A stretch of DNA of 64,000 nucleotides from Candidatus Latescibacterota bacterium (GCA_965217585.1 OZ244561.1:5696001-5760000), one strand, 5' to 3'; shown: positions 50,914 to 61,070, numbered from the stretch's first letter. Translations and numbers: made by a program. The notes: generated from the sequence alone by a model not told the origin.

Positions 50914-51057
50914 TCAGGCCGTCCAGCAATCATCGGTATAGGCGTCGCGTAGGAAGAGCTTTTTGCGGTAGGGGTCGGCACCCTCGATCCATTCCGGCGG
51001 GATTTCCTGGGTATGGCGGTGCGGCGGGCCGGCTTCTTTGAAGATGTCGATGTTGAG
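50914..51057 (-). pseudogene. 3' remnant of a disrupted gene (possibly a PhyH-like C-terminus)
   Basis: LNIDIFKEAGPPHRHTQEIPPEWIEGADPYRKKLFLRDAYTDDCWTA*; host-like codons, no start, upstream in-frame stop at the GC-shift junction. Confidence 0.5.
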
Positions 51058-51091
51058 TCAGCATAGAATGCTCACTGGCAAAAGTGTTATT

Positions 51092-52132
51092 TCAATCCAC
51101 CGCAGCGAGTTTCAGAAACTCGTATTCAGGCTTGCTCGTAAAAAAGTCGCCTTCGACGTCCCCAAGTTTTTCGACCGTTGCTCTGATGGCGTGTTCTGAT
51201 TGGTCAATGCCGATCCAGTTTCTGTTGAGCCGCTGAGCGGATTTTAACGTCGTCCCCGATCCGCAGAAACAGTCCAGCACAATGCTTCCCGGATTGGAAG
51301 AGGTGCGAATAATCAAGTCTAATAATCCAGCGTTTTTCTCCGTTGGATAGACTGGATATTGAGGGTCTTTATATTCCCAAATGTCTTGTACCCTCTTACC
51401 CTCTCTTTCGTCTGCAAATACTACTTTTCTTGGATTACCCGTTGCCGACCATTCTATCAGGCCGTCTTTATCCCACCTCTCCAGCGTCTCGACGTCGGTC
51501 CTCCAGTGTCGGCCTTTTGGCGGCATCATGCCCCTAAACGGCTGACTGGATTTTCCGCGTTCAGTTTCTCCCGGCGCGTGAATCGGCACTGTAGTATAGC
51601 GTCTTCCTCGTTTGTCTATTTTTGGAAATAACTTTTCGATGTCTTTTGCCGAGTATTTTTCTTTTGGTTCATTCCAGATAGGATGCGACGCTTTGCTGTA
51701 AAAGAGGATCAAGTCTTTCACATTCCCATAGCCCGTTCTCTTAAAGTTCTTGGGATTGCATTTTATGCGCGTGATGTCGTTGCGAAAGTTCTCCATGCCA
51801 AACACTTCGTCCATCATCACTTTGATGTAATGGCCGATCTTATAGTCGATATGCAAATAAATTGAACCGCTCGTAGATAAAAGTTCCCTTAGCAAGAGCA
51901 ATCTTTTCCTCAAAAATTCAACAAACTCAGAACCTATTAATCGATCAGAATAGGCAATGGAGCCGCTACGCGAATGGCTAACTGTCGCAGCGCGGTCTTC
52001 GGTAATGGTAAAATTACTGCCCGTAGCAAAGGGCGGGTCGATGTACACCAAATCTATTTTCTCTTGCAAATTTCTATCTTGCAAGAGGTAATTCAGGCTC
52101 TTGAGGGTCTCCCCTCGGATAAGCAAATTCAT
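51092..52132 (-). CDS. Site-specific DNA methyltransferase (N6A/N4C, beta class), apparently orphan
   Basis: IDPPF motif IV N-terminal; YPTEK, DCFCGSGT motif I C-terminal; AT-rich. Confidence 0.9.
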   Translation of the reverse strand: MNLLIRGETLKSLNYLLQDRNLQEKIDLVYIDPPFATGSNFTITEDRAATVSHSRSGSIAYSDRLIGSEFVEFLRKRLLLLRELLSTSGSIYLHIDYKIGHYIKVMMDEVFGMENFRNDITRIKCNPKNFKRTGYGNVKDLILFYSKASHPIWNEPKEKYSAKDIEKLFPKIDKRGRRYTTVPIHAPGETERGKSSQPFRGMMPPKGRHWRTDVETLERWDKDGLIEWSATGNPRKVVFADEREGKRVQDIWEYKDPQYPVYPTEKNAGLLDLIIRTSSNPGSIVLDCFCGSGTTLKSAQRLNRNWIGIDQSEHAIRATVEKLGDVEGDFFTSKPEYEFLKLAAVD

Positions 52133-52156
52133 CTAAAAGAGTAGTCAGGGGTGGAC

Positions 52157-52540
52157 TTAGTGTTCTTGTAGAGTTCCAGATTCAAAAGGGTTCAATAATG
52201 ACAATTCCTGAATCCACTGAAAATCCTCCACATTGCGAGTTACCAACGTCAGTTCGTGTATTAGCGCAGTCCCGGCTACGAGGGCATCACCAAGGGACAT
52301 TTTCCGCTGTTGTCGGAGGGCCACTGCTCGGTCGAGGACATCTTGCGAAAGGGGTAGGACCTGCGCCAAGCGAAAAAATGCCTCCAGGTATTGCCGCTCC
52401 TCGTCATCGAGTTGATGATACCCGAGGACTTCTACGTAACTGACGGCTGAAATGGCCGGCGCATACTCAACAATCAACTGTCTCAGATGAGCATGTATAG
52501 GTTGGGATGCATAGATAAGAATGTTGCTGTCAATGAGCAC
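52157..52540 (-). CDS. vapC: PIN-domain VapC toxin
   Basis: LIDSNILI, YVEVL, DALVAGTA, TRNVEDF; GTG start overlaps the upstream stop (TAGTG). Confidence 0.88.
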   Translation of the reverse strand: MLIDSNILIYASQPIHAHLRQLIVEYAPAISAVSYVEVLGYHQLDDEERQYLEAFFRLAQVLPLSQDVLDRAVALRQQRKMSLGDALVAGTALIHELTLVTRNVEDFQWIQELSLLNPFESGTLQEH

Positions 52541-52803
52541 TACTCTTCGCGCTCCGGCAATACGCGATCTCGGCGGAGCGCGCGTTGCCACTTGGCAGGG
52601 TCAGCAATCGCGGAAAACGCGCCGCATTCCGCTAGCTTTTCAAGTATGGCCGCCATAGCGCGTCCTCTTGCGTCCATCTCGGCAGACCTCGCTTGCTCCG
52701 GCACCATTACATGGACCTGCAACGGCACGTCTTTCTGAGGTTCTGGTGCTTCTTCGAGCCACTCGAGGCGGTCCCCGTGGAGGAGTGCTCTATAGCTACG
52801 CAT
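52540..52803 (-). CDS. Putative antitoxin of the VapC toxin
   Basis: Small ORF translationally coupled to vapC; DPAKWQRALRRDR end; AGGAGA RBS. Confidence 0.7.
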   Translation of the reverse strand: MRSYRALLHGDRLEWLEEAPEPQKDVPLQVHVMVPEQARSAEMDARGRAMAAILEKLAECGAFSAIADPAKWQRALRRDRVLPEREE

Positions 52804-52840
52804 GACAATCTCCTGAGACTTGCCGGCCCAGCGGCATACA

Positions 52841-54268
52841 TCAAAACTTATCGACCGGCATCTGCCGGCATTCGCGGATGAAGACTTCGGCTTCGCGGTC
52901 ATAGATGAGAAAGGGATCGTCGAGGCTGAGGAACTTATCGTCGCCCACGCAAATGGAGTCCCAATCAATTTGGTAGCGCGCTTTCTGGTCGGTCAGCGCC
53001 CTCATCACTCGGGAGCGGGCGCGAGCGCGGGTATTGGCCGGGGGATGCGTGATGGCTTGGTTGATCTGTTCGTCGCTGACGATTCGCTTGACCAACCCGC
53101 GCTCGTACAGATCGAAATAGAGGCTCCGCGTCGTGTTGAGATTGTGGTATTCCAAATCCAAACTTTGGATCCACGTATCCTGCCAGTCCAATCCCTCTTC
53201 CCGCATGAAGTACTCCAGCAGCCACTTCTTGGCCACCCAATCGACGCGATCGACCAAGCACCCGGGATCGTGTTCTAAGGCGTCGATGACAAAGCGCCAC
53301 TCGTCCAACACCCAATCACCCTCTTCGTCCCGGCCGCGCAGATAGCGCTCGGCCAAGTTGAGATACGTGCGCTGTATCTCCGTAGCAGTGGTATAGCGGC
53401 CGTCCTCTAGCTGCACCTCCCAGCGATAGGTCATGTCGCGCGAGATGTCGCGGATGGCTTGCACCGGGTCGAGGAGTTTGATGTCGTCGCAGATCACGCG
53501 CTCTTGCTCTTCCAAAAGCTGCAACACCAAAGCCGTGGTGCCCACTTTCAGGGCCGTGGCGTACTCCATCATATTCGAGTCACCCACGAGCAGGTGCAAG
53601 CGGCGGTACAGCCCCCAATCGGCCAGCGGCTCGTCGCGCGTGTTGATGATCGCGCGACTGAACTGGATCCACTGGTAGATCTCGGTGACGATGTGATCGG
53701 CCCGCTGCGAGAGTTGGAATTCAACGCCTTCGTCCTCGGCATTGCCGTACTCGAAAATATCCGTGTGGCAACCGACTCGGCCAGCGCCGGCGAATATCTG
53801 GCGGGTGACGAAAAAGGGCAGCATGGTCGGCAGCAGCACTTGTGAAAACGGCACCTCGCGCCGCACGAGGTAGTTTTCGTGGCAGCCAAAAGTAGCCCCT
53901 GTGTAGTGGTCGATATTGTTCTTGAAAAAGGCCGCGCTATCGGCCAAGCCAAGCTGATCTAGTGCGCGCTGCACCAACCGCTCGCCGGCCCGATCGGCGG
54001 CCACCAAATCAAAAAGGCCGGTGCATTCTGGGGTGGCGTACTCGACGTGGCCCATGTCGATGTACACGCGCCCACCGTTGAAGAGAAAGCCGCCGTTGCC
54101 GGGCGGCTCGTCGCGGCCCCGATAGTGCATATCGACAATGCCCAAGCCCTCGCGGTAGAACACGCAGTCCTTGGCCTTTATCGACACGAAATCGGGACTC
54201 AAAAAGGGATCCGAAGCCGGCGGCAGACAGCCGTACTCGGTCTCTATCCCGTATATGCGATCTTCCAT
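52841..54268 (-). CDS. pafA: Pup/UBact--protein ligase (PafA family)
   Basis: GIETEYG, GGFLFNGGRVYID, EYATPEC, GCHENY, INTRDEPLAD, RRLH, DLEYH; last gene of the operon. Confidence 0.88.
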   Translation of the reverse strand: MEDRIYGIETEYGCLPPASDPFLSPDFVSIKAKDCVFYREGLGIVDMHYRGRDEPPGNGGFLFNGGRVYIDMGHVEYATPECTGLFDLVAADRAGERLVQRALDQLGLADSAAFFKNNIDHYTGATFGCHENYLVRREVPFSQVLLPTMLPFFVTRQIFAGAGRVGCHTDIFEYGNAEDEGVEFQLSQRADHIVTEIYQWIQFSRAIINTRDEPLADWGLYRRLHLLVGDSNMMEYATALKVGTTALVLQLLEEQERVICDDIKLLDPVQAIRDISRDMTYRWEVQLEDGRYTTATEIQRTYLNLAERYLRGRDEEGDWVLDEWRFVIDALEHDPGCLVDRVDWVAKKWLLEYFMREEGLDWQDTWIQSLDLEYHNLNTTRSLYFDLYERGLVKRIVSDEQINQAITHPPANTRARARSRVMRALTDQKARYQIDWDSICVGDDKFLSLDDPFLIYDREAEVFIRECRQMPVDKF

Positions 54269-54269
54269 A

Positions 54270-55031
54270 CTAGACCTCGAAGTAGGAAGCGAGTGGCTCG
54301 GCTAGCTGTTCCGAGGTGAGCAGGCGGAACTTCGACTTGGCATCGCGCTCGCGGTCGAGCACTGCGGCCTCGATGGTCAGCCCTTGCAAACCGCCCTTGA
54401 GAAAATCGCGCACCGCCTCCGCGCTAGGCACCTCTCCATCGCGGGCGTCGAGAGTCAACCGGCCCAATCCCCACACCTCCAACGCCGTGCCCAAGGCTTG
54501 GCTGAGGGGCAACTCTGGGTCGGCCGTTTGCAGTTGTGCCGCCATGGCCTGCGTACTCTCCGCGCTACCGCTGAGAGCCGCCGTCCCGCCGCTCCGGGCA
54601 AAGGACCCATCGGCGTCAATGGTGAAAAAGGCGTCGCCGTCGCCGTCTGGGTCTAGCTCGGCCATCATTACGCGGGCGATGAAGGGCGAGCGAAAGAGCT
54701 CGTCGAAAGCCGCCTTCATCAGCGGGCCAATGCCAAAGCTGACCAGCCGCTGCAAGGTCACGTCGTTGGCCGACAGATTGAATCCCTCGAGATGGGCGAT
54801 GTCGATGACGGCTTTGCGCAGCTTCTCAATGTCGGACGGGTGCCCCACGGCCGCGAAGGCGATCTCGTCGTACACCTCGAAGAGCTTGCGCGGGCCTGGA
54901 GTAGCCGTCAGTAGCAGCACCCCGTCGGCATACGTCGTACCCACCACCGGACTGCCACTCGCGAGCTGGTCTTCCAAGTATTCGCGGCGGTTGTTGATGG
55001 CCTCGACCCAGCGATAAGGTTCCTCTAACAT
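54270..55031 (-). CDS. prcA: 20S proteasome alpha subunit
   Basis: GSPVVG, KLFEVYDEIAFAAVGHPSDIEKLR, EAAVLDR. Confidence 0.88.
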   Translation of the reverse strand: MLEEPYRWVEAINNRREYLEDQLASGSPVVGTTYADGVLLLTATPGPRKLFEVYDEIAFAAVGHPSDIEKLRKAVIDIAHLEGFNLSANDVTLQRLVSFGIGPLMKAAFDELFRSPFIARVMMAELDPDGDGDAFFTIDADGSFARSGGTAALSGSAESTQAMAAQLQTADPELPLSQALGTALEVWGLGRLTLDARDGEVPSAEAVRDFLKGGLQGLTIEAAVLDRERDAKSKFRLLTSEQLAEPLASYFEV

Positions 55032-55036
55032 GCGCC

Positions 55037-55795
55037 TCAAGCCCTTTGGTAGACCGCGGCCAGCTCTGCTTCGGGCACGACACTCAAGCCCGCGGCCGTC
55101 ACCTGCACGACCTGGGGGAAGATGTGCGCGGCCTCGCGGAAGCCGCCGGTAGCAGTGTCGTATTCAGCGGCCGTCTCCAGCATCTTGAGCAACAGTTCGA
55201 CAGCCTGCTCCCCGGCCATTTCCCGCAGTGGCTGCGGCCCCCAGCGGTTTTGGTAGTACAGCGCGCCGCGCACAATGTGTGCGCCCGACCCGGTGGCGCA
55301 GAAATCCACACACTCGAACTCGGCCCCCAAGAGGTCGTAAAAGAAAATTTTGCCCTCCGCGGCCGCGTGGTCAAAGGCCGAGAAGATCGGCACCACCGCG
55401 CCAATCCCCTGCATGGCCAGCGGCAAGTTCTGGCGCAACAGCCGCGACAAAGTCCGCACCTTGCCGTCCAAGCTCAGCCCTTGGAGCTGGCTGCGGCGGT
55501 AGTACTGCACCGACATTTCCAGCATGCGCGCAATGTCCCACGCCACCGCCGGCGAGCCGGCAATGGCCATGACCGCGTCGTCGTCGATGATCAGCACTTT
55601 GTCGGCGCGGTCGTACACCACCGAGTTGCCCATGGTGGCGCGGCGGTCGCCGGCTACCACCACCCCGTCGGCGCAGCGCACCGCTACAATCGTGGTGCCC
55701 TCGACCGGCTGCAAAGACGCTTCCGGCGCGGCGACCGGGGCGGGGGGCAAAAGCTCCCGCTCCTTGAGCAAGTCGAGGAAGTCGCAGCTTTCCAT
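55037..55795 (-). CDS. prcB: 20S proteasome beta subunit (propeptide + Thr nucleophile)
   Basis: EG|TTIVA, AGDRRAT, GSG, DTATGG. Confidence 0.92.
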   Translation of the reverse strand: MESCDFLDLLKERELLPPAPVAAPEASLQPVEGTTIVAVRCADGVVVAGDRRATMGNSVVYDRADKVLIIDDDAVMAIAGSPAVAWDIARMLEMSVQYYRRSQLQGLSLDGKVRTLSRLLRQNLPLAMQGIGAVVPIFSAFDHAAAEGKIFFYDLLGAEFECVDFCATGSGAHIVRGALYYQNRWGPQPLREMAGEQAVELLLKMLETAAEYDTATGGFREAAHIFPQVVQVTAAGLSVVPEAELAAVYQRA

Positions 55796-55801
55796 CGGCA
55801 G

Positions 55802-55990
55802 CTACTGTCCGGTGCGCTGGCGGTAGCGACGGGCCTGATTCGGATCTACTCGGCGCATCCGCTTGAGGATGTCGTCCGTGCTGGGGCGCTCGACCCGCGG
55901 CCGGCGCGGGCCGGTATCTGGCTCCTCACCGTCGTCGATCGGCTTGGTCGGCCGGGGCGCGCGCTCCCGGTAGTGGATAAAATCGCTCAT
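55802..55990 (-). CDS. ubact: Prokaryotic ubiquitin-like protein UBact
   Basis: 62 aa, ends ILKRMRRVDPNQARRYRQRTGQ (R[ST]G[EQ] terminus), between dop and prcB. Confidence 0.9.
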   Translation of the reverse strand: MSDFIHYRERAPRPTKPIDDGEEPDTGPRRPRVERPSTDDILKRMRRVDPNQARRYRQRTGQ

Positions 55991-57531
55991 GGTGACACCT
56001 CCGGTTTCGGGTTTCTACCCAATCTGGCGAGCAAATCCTCGACGCTCGCAGCCGCGTCTAAGACTGCGTTATAATAAGCCGCTGTCTCCCTGCTGACACA
56101 AGCCTTGAGGTCGATGACCTCGGAGCGGCCGCCGATGGCCAGCTCAATGCTGTCCCAATTGAGCGAGCGCACTGCGGCGGCAAATTTCTGTAACATCTTG
56201 CCGCGGAAATAGGCCCGCGTGTCCCCGGGCGGATCGACCAACGCCCGGCACACCGCCTCCTCAGAGACGACGCGCTCTACTTGGCCTGTGGCTTCGAGCG
56301 TCGAATATAGCCCCTCAGCCGGGTCAATGTTGTGGTATTCGAGGTCTTGGCTTTGCAGCCAAGCGCGGTCCTCCGGTCGTTCCCAATCGAGGCCCTCGGA
56401 CTCGGCAAACGCATCCAAAAGCCACTTTTTGGTCACCCAATCGAGGCGTCCAATCAGCTCTTGCGGGTCGCGCGAGAGAGAGTCCAACACGTCGCGCCAA
56501 GCCGCGAGGACCCAATCTGTCTCCTCGTCGCGGCCCTGAAAAATCCGCGCCGCCGCCGCCATAATGGCCGTCTGTATCTCCAGCGCCGAACTCGACCCTC
56601 CCCCGAACAAGGCCACCGGCCACTGCTGGGACTCGTCGCGGGAAATGGCCTTGAGCGCACCAATGGGATCGGCCAATGCAAGCGCGGGCAACGCGCCGAC
56701 CTCTAGCAGGTCCAACACCAAGGAAGCTGTGCCGACCTTGAGCGCGGTGGCGTATTCGCACATGTTGGCGTCGCCGATGATCAGGTGCAGGCGGCGGTAG
56801 AGCGCTGGGTCGGCGTGCGGCTCGTCGCGGGTGTTGACCAGCGGGCGGCGGTGCATGGTATCAACGCTGGCGATGACCTCGAAAAAGTCCGCGCGCTGGG
56901 TTAGCTGGTAGGTGGCGGCCCGCGCCCGGGAGTCCTGTTCGACGCCGACTTTGCCGGCCCCGGCAAAAATTTGCCGCGTAACCACAAAGGGCAGCAGCCC
57001 GTTGATCACCTGCTGGAAGGGCATGTCGCGGCTGAGCAGGAAGTTCTCGTGACAGCCGTAGCTGTGCCCCTCGAAGTCGGTGTTGTTTTTGTACAAGCGC
57101 ACCACGCCCCGACCGCGGTCCTTGCTGCGCTGGCGTGCGCACTGGAGGAGAATTCGCTCCCCGGCGCGATCGACGGCTACCAAGTCGCGGAGGCTATAGC
57201 ATTCTGGGGTGGAAAATTCCGGGTGAGTGTGGTCGTTGTAGAGGCGGGCACCGTTGTGGAGGATCAGGTCGCTTTTGAGGTCCGCTAGCTGAATCCGGCG
57301 CTGGCGATCCTTTTGCAAGTGGACGATCTCGTCCTTGTCGTTGCGGAGTTCGGCGACCTCAAAGCCGCGCATGTCGAGCCGCGGGTTTTCGAGCGCGTAA
57401 TTCCAGAGGGCGACAAAATCCTGGTGCACATAGCAGCGGATCAGCTCCATGGACTCTACCACCACGTCCATGGACTCGCCCTCACCAACCTGGATGCCGT
57501 ATTCGGTTTCTAGCCCGCAGAGACGCTGCAT
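55987..57531 (-). CDS. dop: Depupylase/deamidase Dop family
   Basis: GLETEYGI, NGARLYNDHTHPEFSTPEC, YKNNTD, SYGCHEN, RPLVNTRDEPHAD. Confidence 0.9.
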   Translation of the reverse strand: MQRLCGLETEYGIQVGEGESMDVVVESMELIRCYVHQDFVALWNYALENPRLDMRGFEVAELRNDKDEIVHLQKDRQRRIQLADLKSDLILHNGARLYNDHTHPEFSTPECYSLRDLVAVDRAGERILLQCARQRSKDRGRGVVRLYKNNTDFEGHSYGCHENFLLSRDMPFQQVINGLLPFVVTRQIFAGAGKVGVEQDSRARAATYQLTQRADFFEVIASVDTMHRRPLVNTRDEPHADPALYRRLHLIIGDANMCEYATALKVGTASLVLDLLEVGALPALALADPIGALKAISRDESQQWPVALFGGGSSSALEIQTAIMAAAARIFQGRDEETDWVLAAWRDVLDSLSRDPQELIGRLDWVTKKWLLDAFAESEGLDWERPEDRAWLQSQDLEYHNIDPAEGLYSTLEATGQVERVVSEEAVCRALVDPPGDTRAYFRGKMLQKFAAAVRSLNWDSIELAIGGRSEVIDLKACVSRETAAYYNAVLDAAASVEDLLARLGRNPKPEVSP

Positions 57532-57539
57532 GAGCTGAG

Positions 57540-59234
57540 TCAGATCACCTGGCCGACGCGCTTTTCCGCTGCCTTTTCCGGCTGAGGTCTAACAGGTATT
57601 ACCCGCACCACGTTCTCCGGCTCGTAGTCGAGCAGCTTGAGCCAGTCCTCGACGCTGTCCGAGGGTGGGAACACCTCGTTCTCGCGGTATTCGGCCCGCG
57701 TGGCCCGCCGCAGATCCTCGGCGCGGATCCCGCCTTCCGGGTCGTCCTCGGCAATGGCGCGCTTGATCGCCATTTCCTTGGCCCGCGATACGACCGAGGC
57801 GATGATGGCCCCGGAAGTCAGGTTGCCGCGGTAGAGCACTTCCTGGCGACCGCTGCGCAGCGACACCTCCAAGAAGCGCGCCTCTTCGTCTTTGGAAAAC
57901 AACTCGTTCAGGCCCTCCTGTATCAGGGCCTCGCGCGCCGCCGCGGCACCGCCGTGCTGCTCCACCTCGGCGCGATCGAGTGGCAGCTCGGGCTTGAGGT
58001 AAATCCGCAAAATGTCGCCGGCCGCCTCGTAGTTGGGGCGCGCAACCTTGATCTTGCGGTCAATGCGGCCGGGCCGGAGCACGGCCGGGTCAATCAGGTC
58101 GTGGCGGTTGGAGGCCAAAATTAGCACCACGTCGTGCAGCGACTCAATGCCGTCCATCTCAGTGCAAAACATCGGTACGACCGTGTTGGAGATGTTGTGG
58201 CTGCGCATCGAGCGGCGGGTGCCCAAGATCGACTCGGCTTCGTCGATAAAGACAAAGGGCAAATAACCTTCCTTGCGCTTTTGGCGCGCCTGGGCAAAGA
58301 CCTCGCGCACCATGCGCTCGGTCTCGCCGAGCCACATATTGAGGATCTCCGGCCCCTTGATGTGCATGAAGTACTCCTCCAGCTCCAGTCCCTCGACCTC
58401 GCGCATGTGCTGCACCAAGTTGTACGCCGTGGCCTTGCCGATGAGGGTCTTGCCGCAGCCCGGAGGGCCGTAGAGCAGGAAGCCCTTGGGCGTCGAGTAC
58501 TCGAAGCGCTCGAAGAGCTGGGGGTGCAACGCGGGTAGCTCAATGGTGTCGCGGATGGCCTCAATTGCTTCGGCTTGGCCGCCGATGCTTTCCCAAGGGG
58601 TCGGGAGGACGTCTTCGATGAAGTACTCCTTGCTCTCGGCGGACTGCAAAACTTCCAGCGCGACCTTGTAGGCCGGGTCCATCCGCACCTCGTCGCCGAT
58701 TTGCAAGTCCGCGTCGGCCAATTCCGCGGCGCGCTCCACGACCACCTCTTGGGTGCCGTGCGCTTGGGTGATCCGCAACCGGCCGCCCGCGAGCAGATCT
58801 CCGACCTTGGCCACCGGCCCAGAGGGGCTGTGCCCCAAGTTGCCGACGACCGCGTAGGCTTCGTTTACCAGTACCCGGCAGCCGACTTTGAGCTGGGTTG
58901 CATCGACGCGCGGGTCGATGTTGGCATAGTACTCGGCACTGCCGACGAAGACCGTGGCAATCCCCTCGCTCGGCATGCCGAGGAAGATGCCGACGCGGTT
59001 GGCCGGTGCCGTCACCTTCTCTAGGGCGGCTTCCATCTCCACGAGGGCCCGGCGCGCCTCCTGAAAGGAAATCTCCCGCTCCATGAGCTGGCGCCGGAGG
59101 CGGTACAGCAAGGGCCGGGCCGGGTCGCGGTCTGGAGCTAGCGCGAGTAGCTGATCGACCAAGCGCAACGGCTCGGCGGTCTGCTCCTCCGGCTCTTGGG
59201 ATTTATCGTATTCGTGCGATTCTCTGCGGTTCAT
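57540..59234 (-). CDS. arc: Proteasome-associated AAA+ ATPase (ARC/Mpa)
   Basis: N-terminal coiled coil and OB region; GPPGCGKT, IKGPEILN, FIDEAES, RPGRID. Confidence 0.92.
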   Translation of the reverse strand: MNRRESHEYDKSQEPEEQTAEPLRLVDQLLALAPDRDPARPLLYRLRRQLMEREISFQEARRALVEMEAALEKVTAPANRVGIFLGMPSEGIATVFVGSAEYYANIDPRVDATQLKVGCRVLVNEAYAVVGNLGHSPSGPVAKVGDLLAGGRLRITQAHGTQEVVVERAAELADADLQIGDEVRMDPAYKVALEVLQSAESKEYFIEDVLPTPWESIGGQAEAIEAIRDTIELPALHPQLFERFEYSTPKGFLLYGPPGCGKTLIGKATAYNLVQHMREVEGLELEEYFMHIKGPEILNMWLGETERMVREVFAQARQKRKEGYLPFVFIDEAESILGTRRSMRSHNISNTVVPMFCTEMDGIESLHDVVLILASNRHDLIDPAVLRPGRIDRKIKVARPNYEAAGDILRIYLKPELPLDRAEVEQHGGAAAAREALIQEGLNELFSKDEEARFLEVSLRSGRQEVLYRGNLTSGAIIASVVSRAKEMAIKRAIAEDDPEGGIRAEDLRRATRAEYRENEVFPPSDSVEDWLKLLDYEPENVVRVIPVRPQPEKAAEKRVGQVI

Positions 59235-59294
59235 GTTTCAATCCGCCCCCTCGCCGCTTCACCGCGCCTTTAGGCGTGACAGCAAGGGAAAATA

Positions 59295-59999
59295 CTAGTA
59301 GATAACGTCGCCGAGACGCCCGTAGCGCACTCGGCTAGGCAGGCGCCAAATAAAGCTGGCCACCACCGCGGGCAGCGAACTCAAGTCACTGTAGTACGGC
59401 CCGCGGGTGTCGGGCTCCCACGACCAATAGATGTTCATGGCCTTGCCCTTGATCAACCGCTTGGGCACGGCGCGAATGTAACGGCTGTCGTGACTGTTGT
59501 CGCGGTTGTCGCCCATCATAAAGAAATGGTCTTCGGGCACGATATAGGGGCCGAAATTATCGCGGGAGCTGCGCGCCGCCGGATAGTACATGCGGTCGGC
59601 GTACTTGGCCAACGGCGGGTCTTGCACTGGCTCGCCATCGACGTAGAGCACCTTGTTGATGATGTGCACGCGCTGTCCCCCTACGGCGACGCAGCGCTTG
59701 ATCAAGTCGCGCCCTTCGTCCTGCGGAGAGCGGAAAATCACGATGTCCCCGGGCTGCGGTTCCCTGAGCGAGGGTAGGCGGAAGAGGGAAATGCTCGTCA
59801 GGGGCACATCGACCGGAACGCCGTAGACAAACTTGTTGGCCAGCAGATAATCGCCCACCAAGAGCGTATCTTCCATCGAGCTAGAAGGGATGTAAAAGGC
59901 CTGCACCACACTGGTGCGAATGACCAGAAACAAACCCACGACGGTCAGTATAGAATACAGGTATTGGCCGAGTTCAGACTTTTGCTTGGCGTGCTTCAT
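59295..59999 (-). CDS. lepB: Signal peptidase I
   Basis: IPSSSMEDTL, LIKR, MGDNRDNSHDSR; start 59999 (alternative 60008). Confidence 0.93.
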   Translation of the reverse strand: MKHAKQKSELGQYLYSILTVVGLFLVIRTSVVQAFYIPSSSMEDTLLVGDYLLANKFVYGVPVDVPLTSISLFRLPSLREPQPGDIVIFRSPQDEGRDLIKRCVAVGGQRVHIINKVLYVDGEPVQDPPLAKYADRMYYPAARSSRDNFGPYIVPEDHFFMMGDNRDNSHDSRYIRAVPKRLIKGKAMNIYWSWEPDTRGPYYSDLSSLPAVVASFIWRLPSRVRYGRLGDVIY

Positions 60000-60056
60000 C
60001 CGCAGCATCTCCTCAGACCTGAGTATAACAAACTACCCCCCTAGCCGCCATTTGGC

Positions 60057-61052
60057 TTACCGCTGCGGCACCTTCACTACCTGTCCGGTTTCCCAGCTTT
60101 CGATGAGCGACTCAATTACGAGTTGGACCCGTAAGGCGTCCGCCCCTTTGGCATCCACCTGCGAAGGCGGGACTTGGTTGAGCAAGTCGTCGATCCAAGC
60201 GTTGATGCGCGCCGGAAAGGTATCCCCAAAGCCACCCATGCCCCCGAGGTGATCGTAGCTTTCCACCTCCCGCGAAAAGCGCGGGTAAAACGTCAGCTTC
60301 TCGCATGCTTCATTGATAATGATCCGTCCCTCCGAGCCGACCAATTCCAAGGTCTCCAAGCCGTAGCTTCCCCCGGCGTCGTACGACCCGGTCAAATGCC
60401 CGATGACGCCATTCTCGTACAGCAGGTTCGCCTGCACATTGGACCAGATCTGCCGCCCTTTTCCTTTCTTGAAAAAGGCCTGTGCCCGATCCACTCCTCC
60501 GGCGAAATAGCTCATCACGTCCAGTGAGTGCGGGTGCAGGGCGCGGATGTGGAACCACGGGCTCGACTCGTTGGGATTGTTGATCCACATCGTCATGTTG
60601 ATTATCTGTAGCTCGCCGAGCCGCCCGTTGGCCAGCCATTCCTTGGCCTTGACGGCTGCGGGCGTGAAACGGTGGTTCAGATTGATCCCGTAGGGCAACT
60701 GCTTTTCTTCGGCCAAGGCCACCATCTCCCGCGCCTTGGGAATTTCATTGGAAATCGGCTTCTCGCCCAGCACCGGAATGCCGGCCCGCAAAAGCTCCAT
60801 CGTCGGCTCGTAGTGATCACCCCCGTTCTCCACCCCGGCCGTGGTCACCGAACAGGCGTCGAGCCGCAGGCCGCTGGCGATCATCTGCTCGATCGAGTAA
60901 AAGGCCTGCGCCCCGTAGCGCTCGGCCGCAGCATCCGCCTGCTCTTCGATCATATCGCACACGGCGACGACCTTTGCGTTCTCGTTTGCAGTGTAGCAGC
61001 GGGCGTGGTTGTTGCCAATTCCACCCATGCCGACAATACCAATATGAAGCAT
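60057..61052 (-). CDS. Gfo/Idh/MocA family oxidoreductase
   Basis: GIVGMGGIG, GEKP. Confidence 0.88.
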   Translation of the reverse strand: MLHIGIVGMGGIGNNHARCYTANENAKVVAVCDMIEEQADAAAERYGAQAFYSIEQMIASGLRLDACSVTTAGVENGGDHYEPTMELLRAGIPVLGEKPISNEIPKAREMVALAEEKQLPYGINLNHRFTPAAVKAKEWLANGRLGELQIINMTMWINNPNESSPWFHIRALHPHSLDVMSYFAGGVDRAQAFFKKGKGRQIWSNVQANLLYENGVIGHLTGSYDAGGSYGLETLELVGSEGRIIINEACEKLTFYPRFSREVESYDHLGGMGGFGDTFPARINAWIDDLLNQVPPSQVDAKGADALRVQLVIESLIESWETGQVVKVPQR

Positions 61053-61070
61053 CGCAAACTCCTTTTTAAT

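Noticed and set aside
55802-55990. Actinobacterial Pup
   Set aside because: The C-terminus is RTGQ (UBact type), not GGQ/GGE
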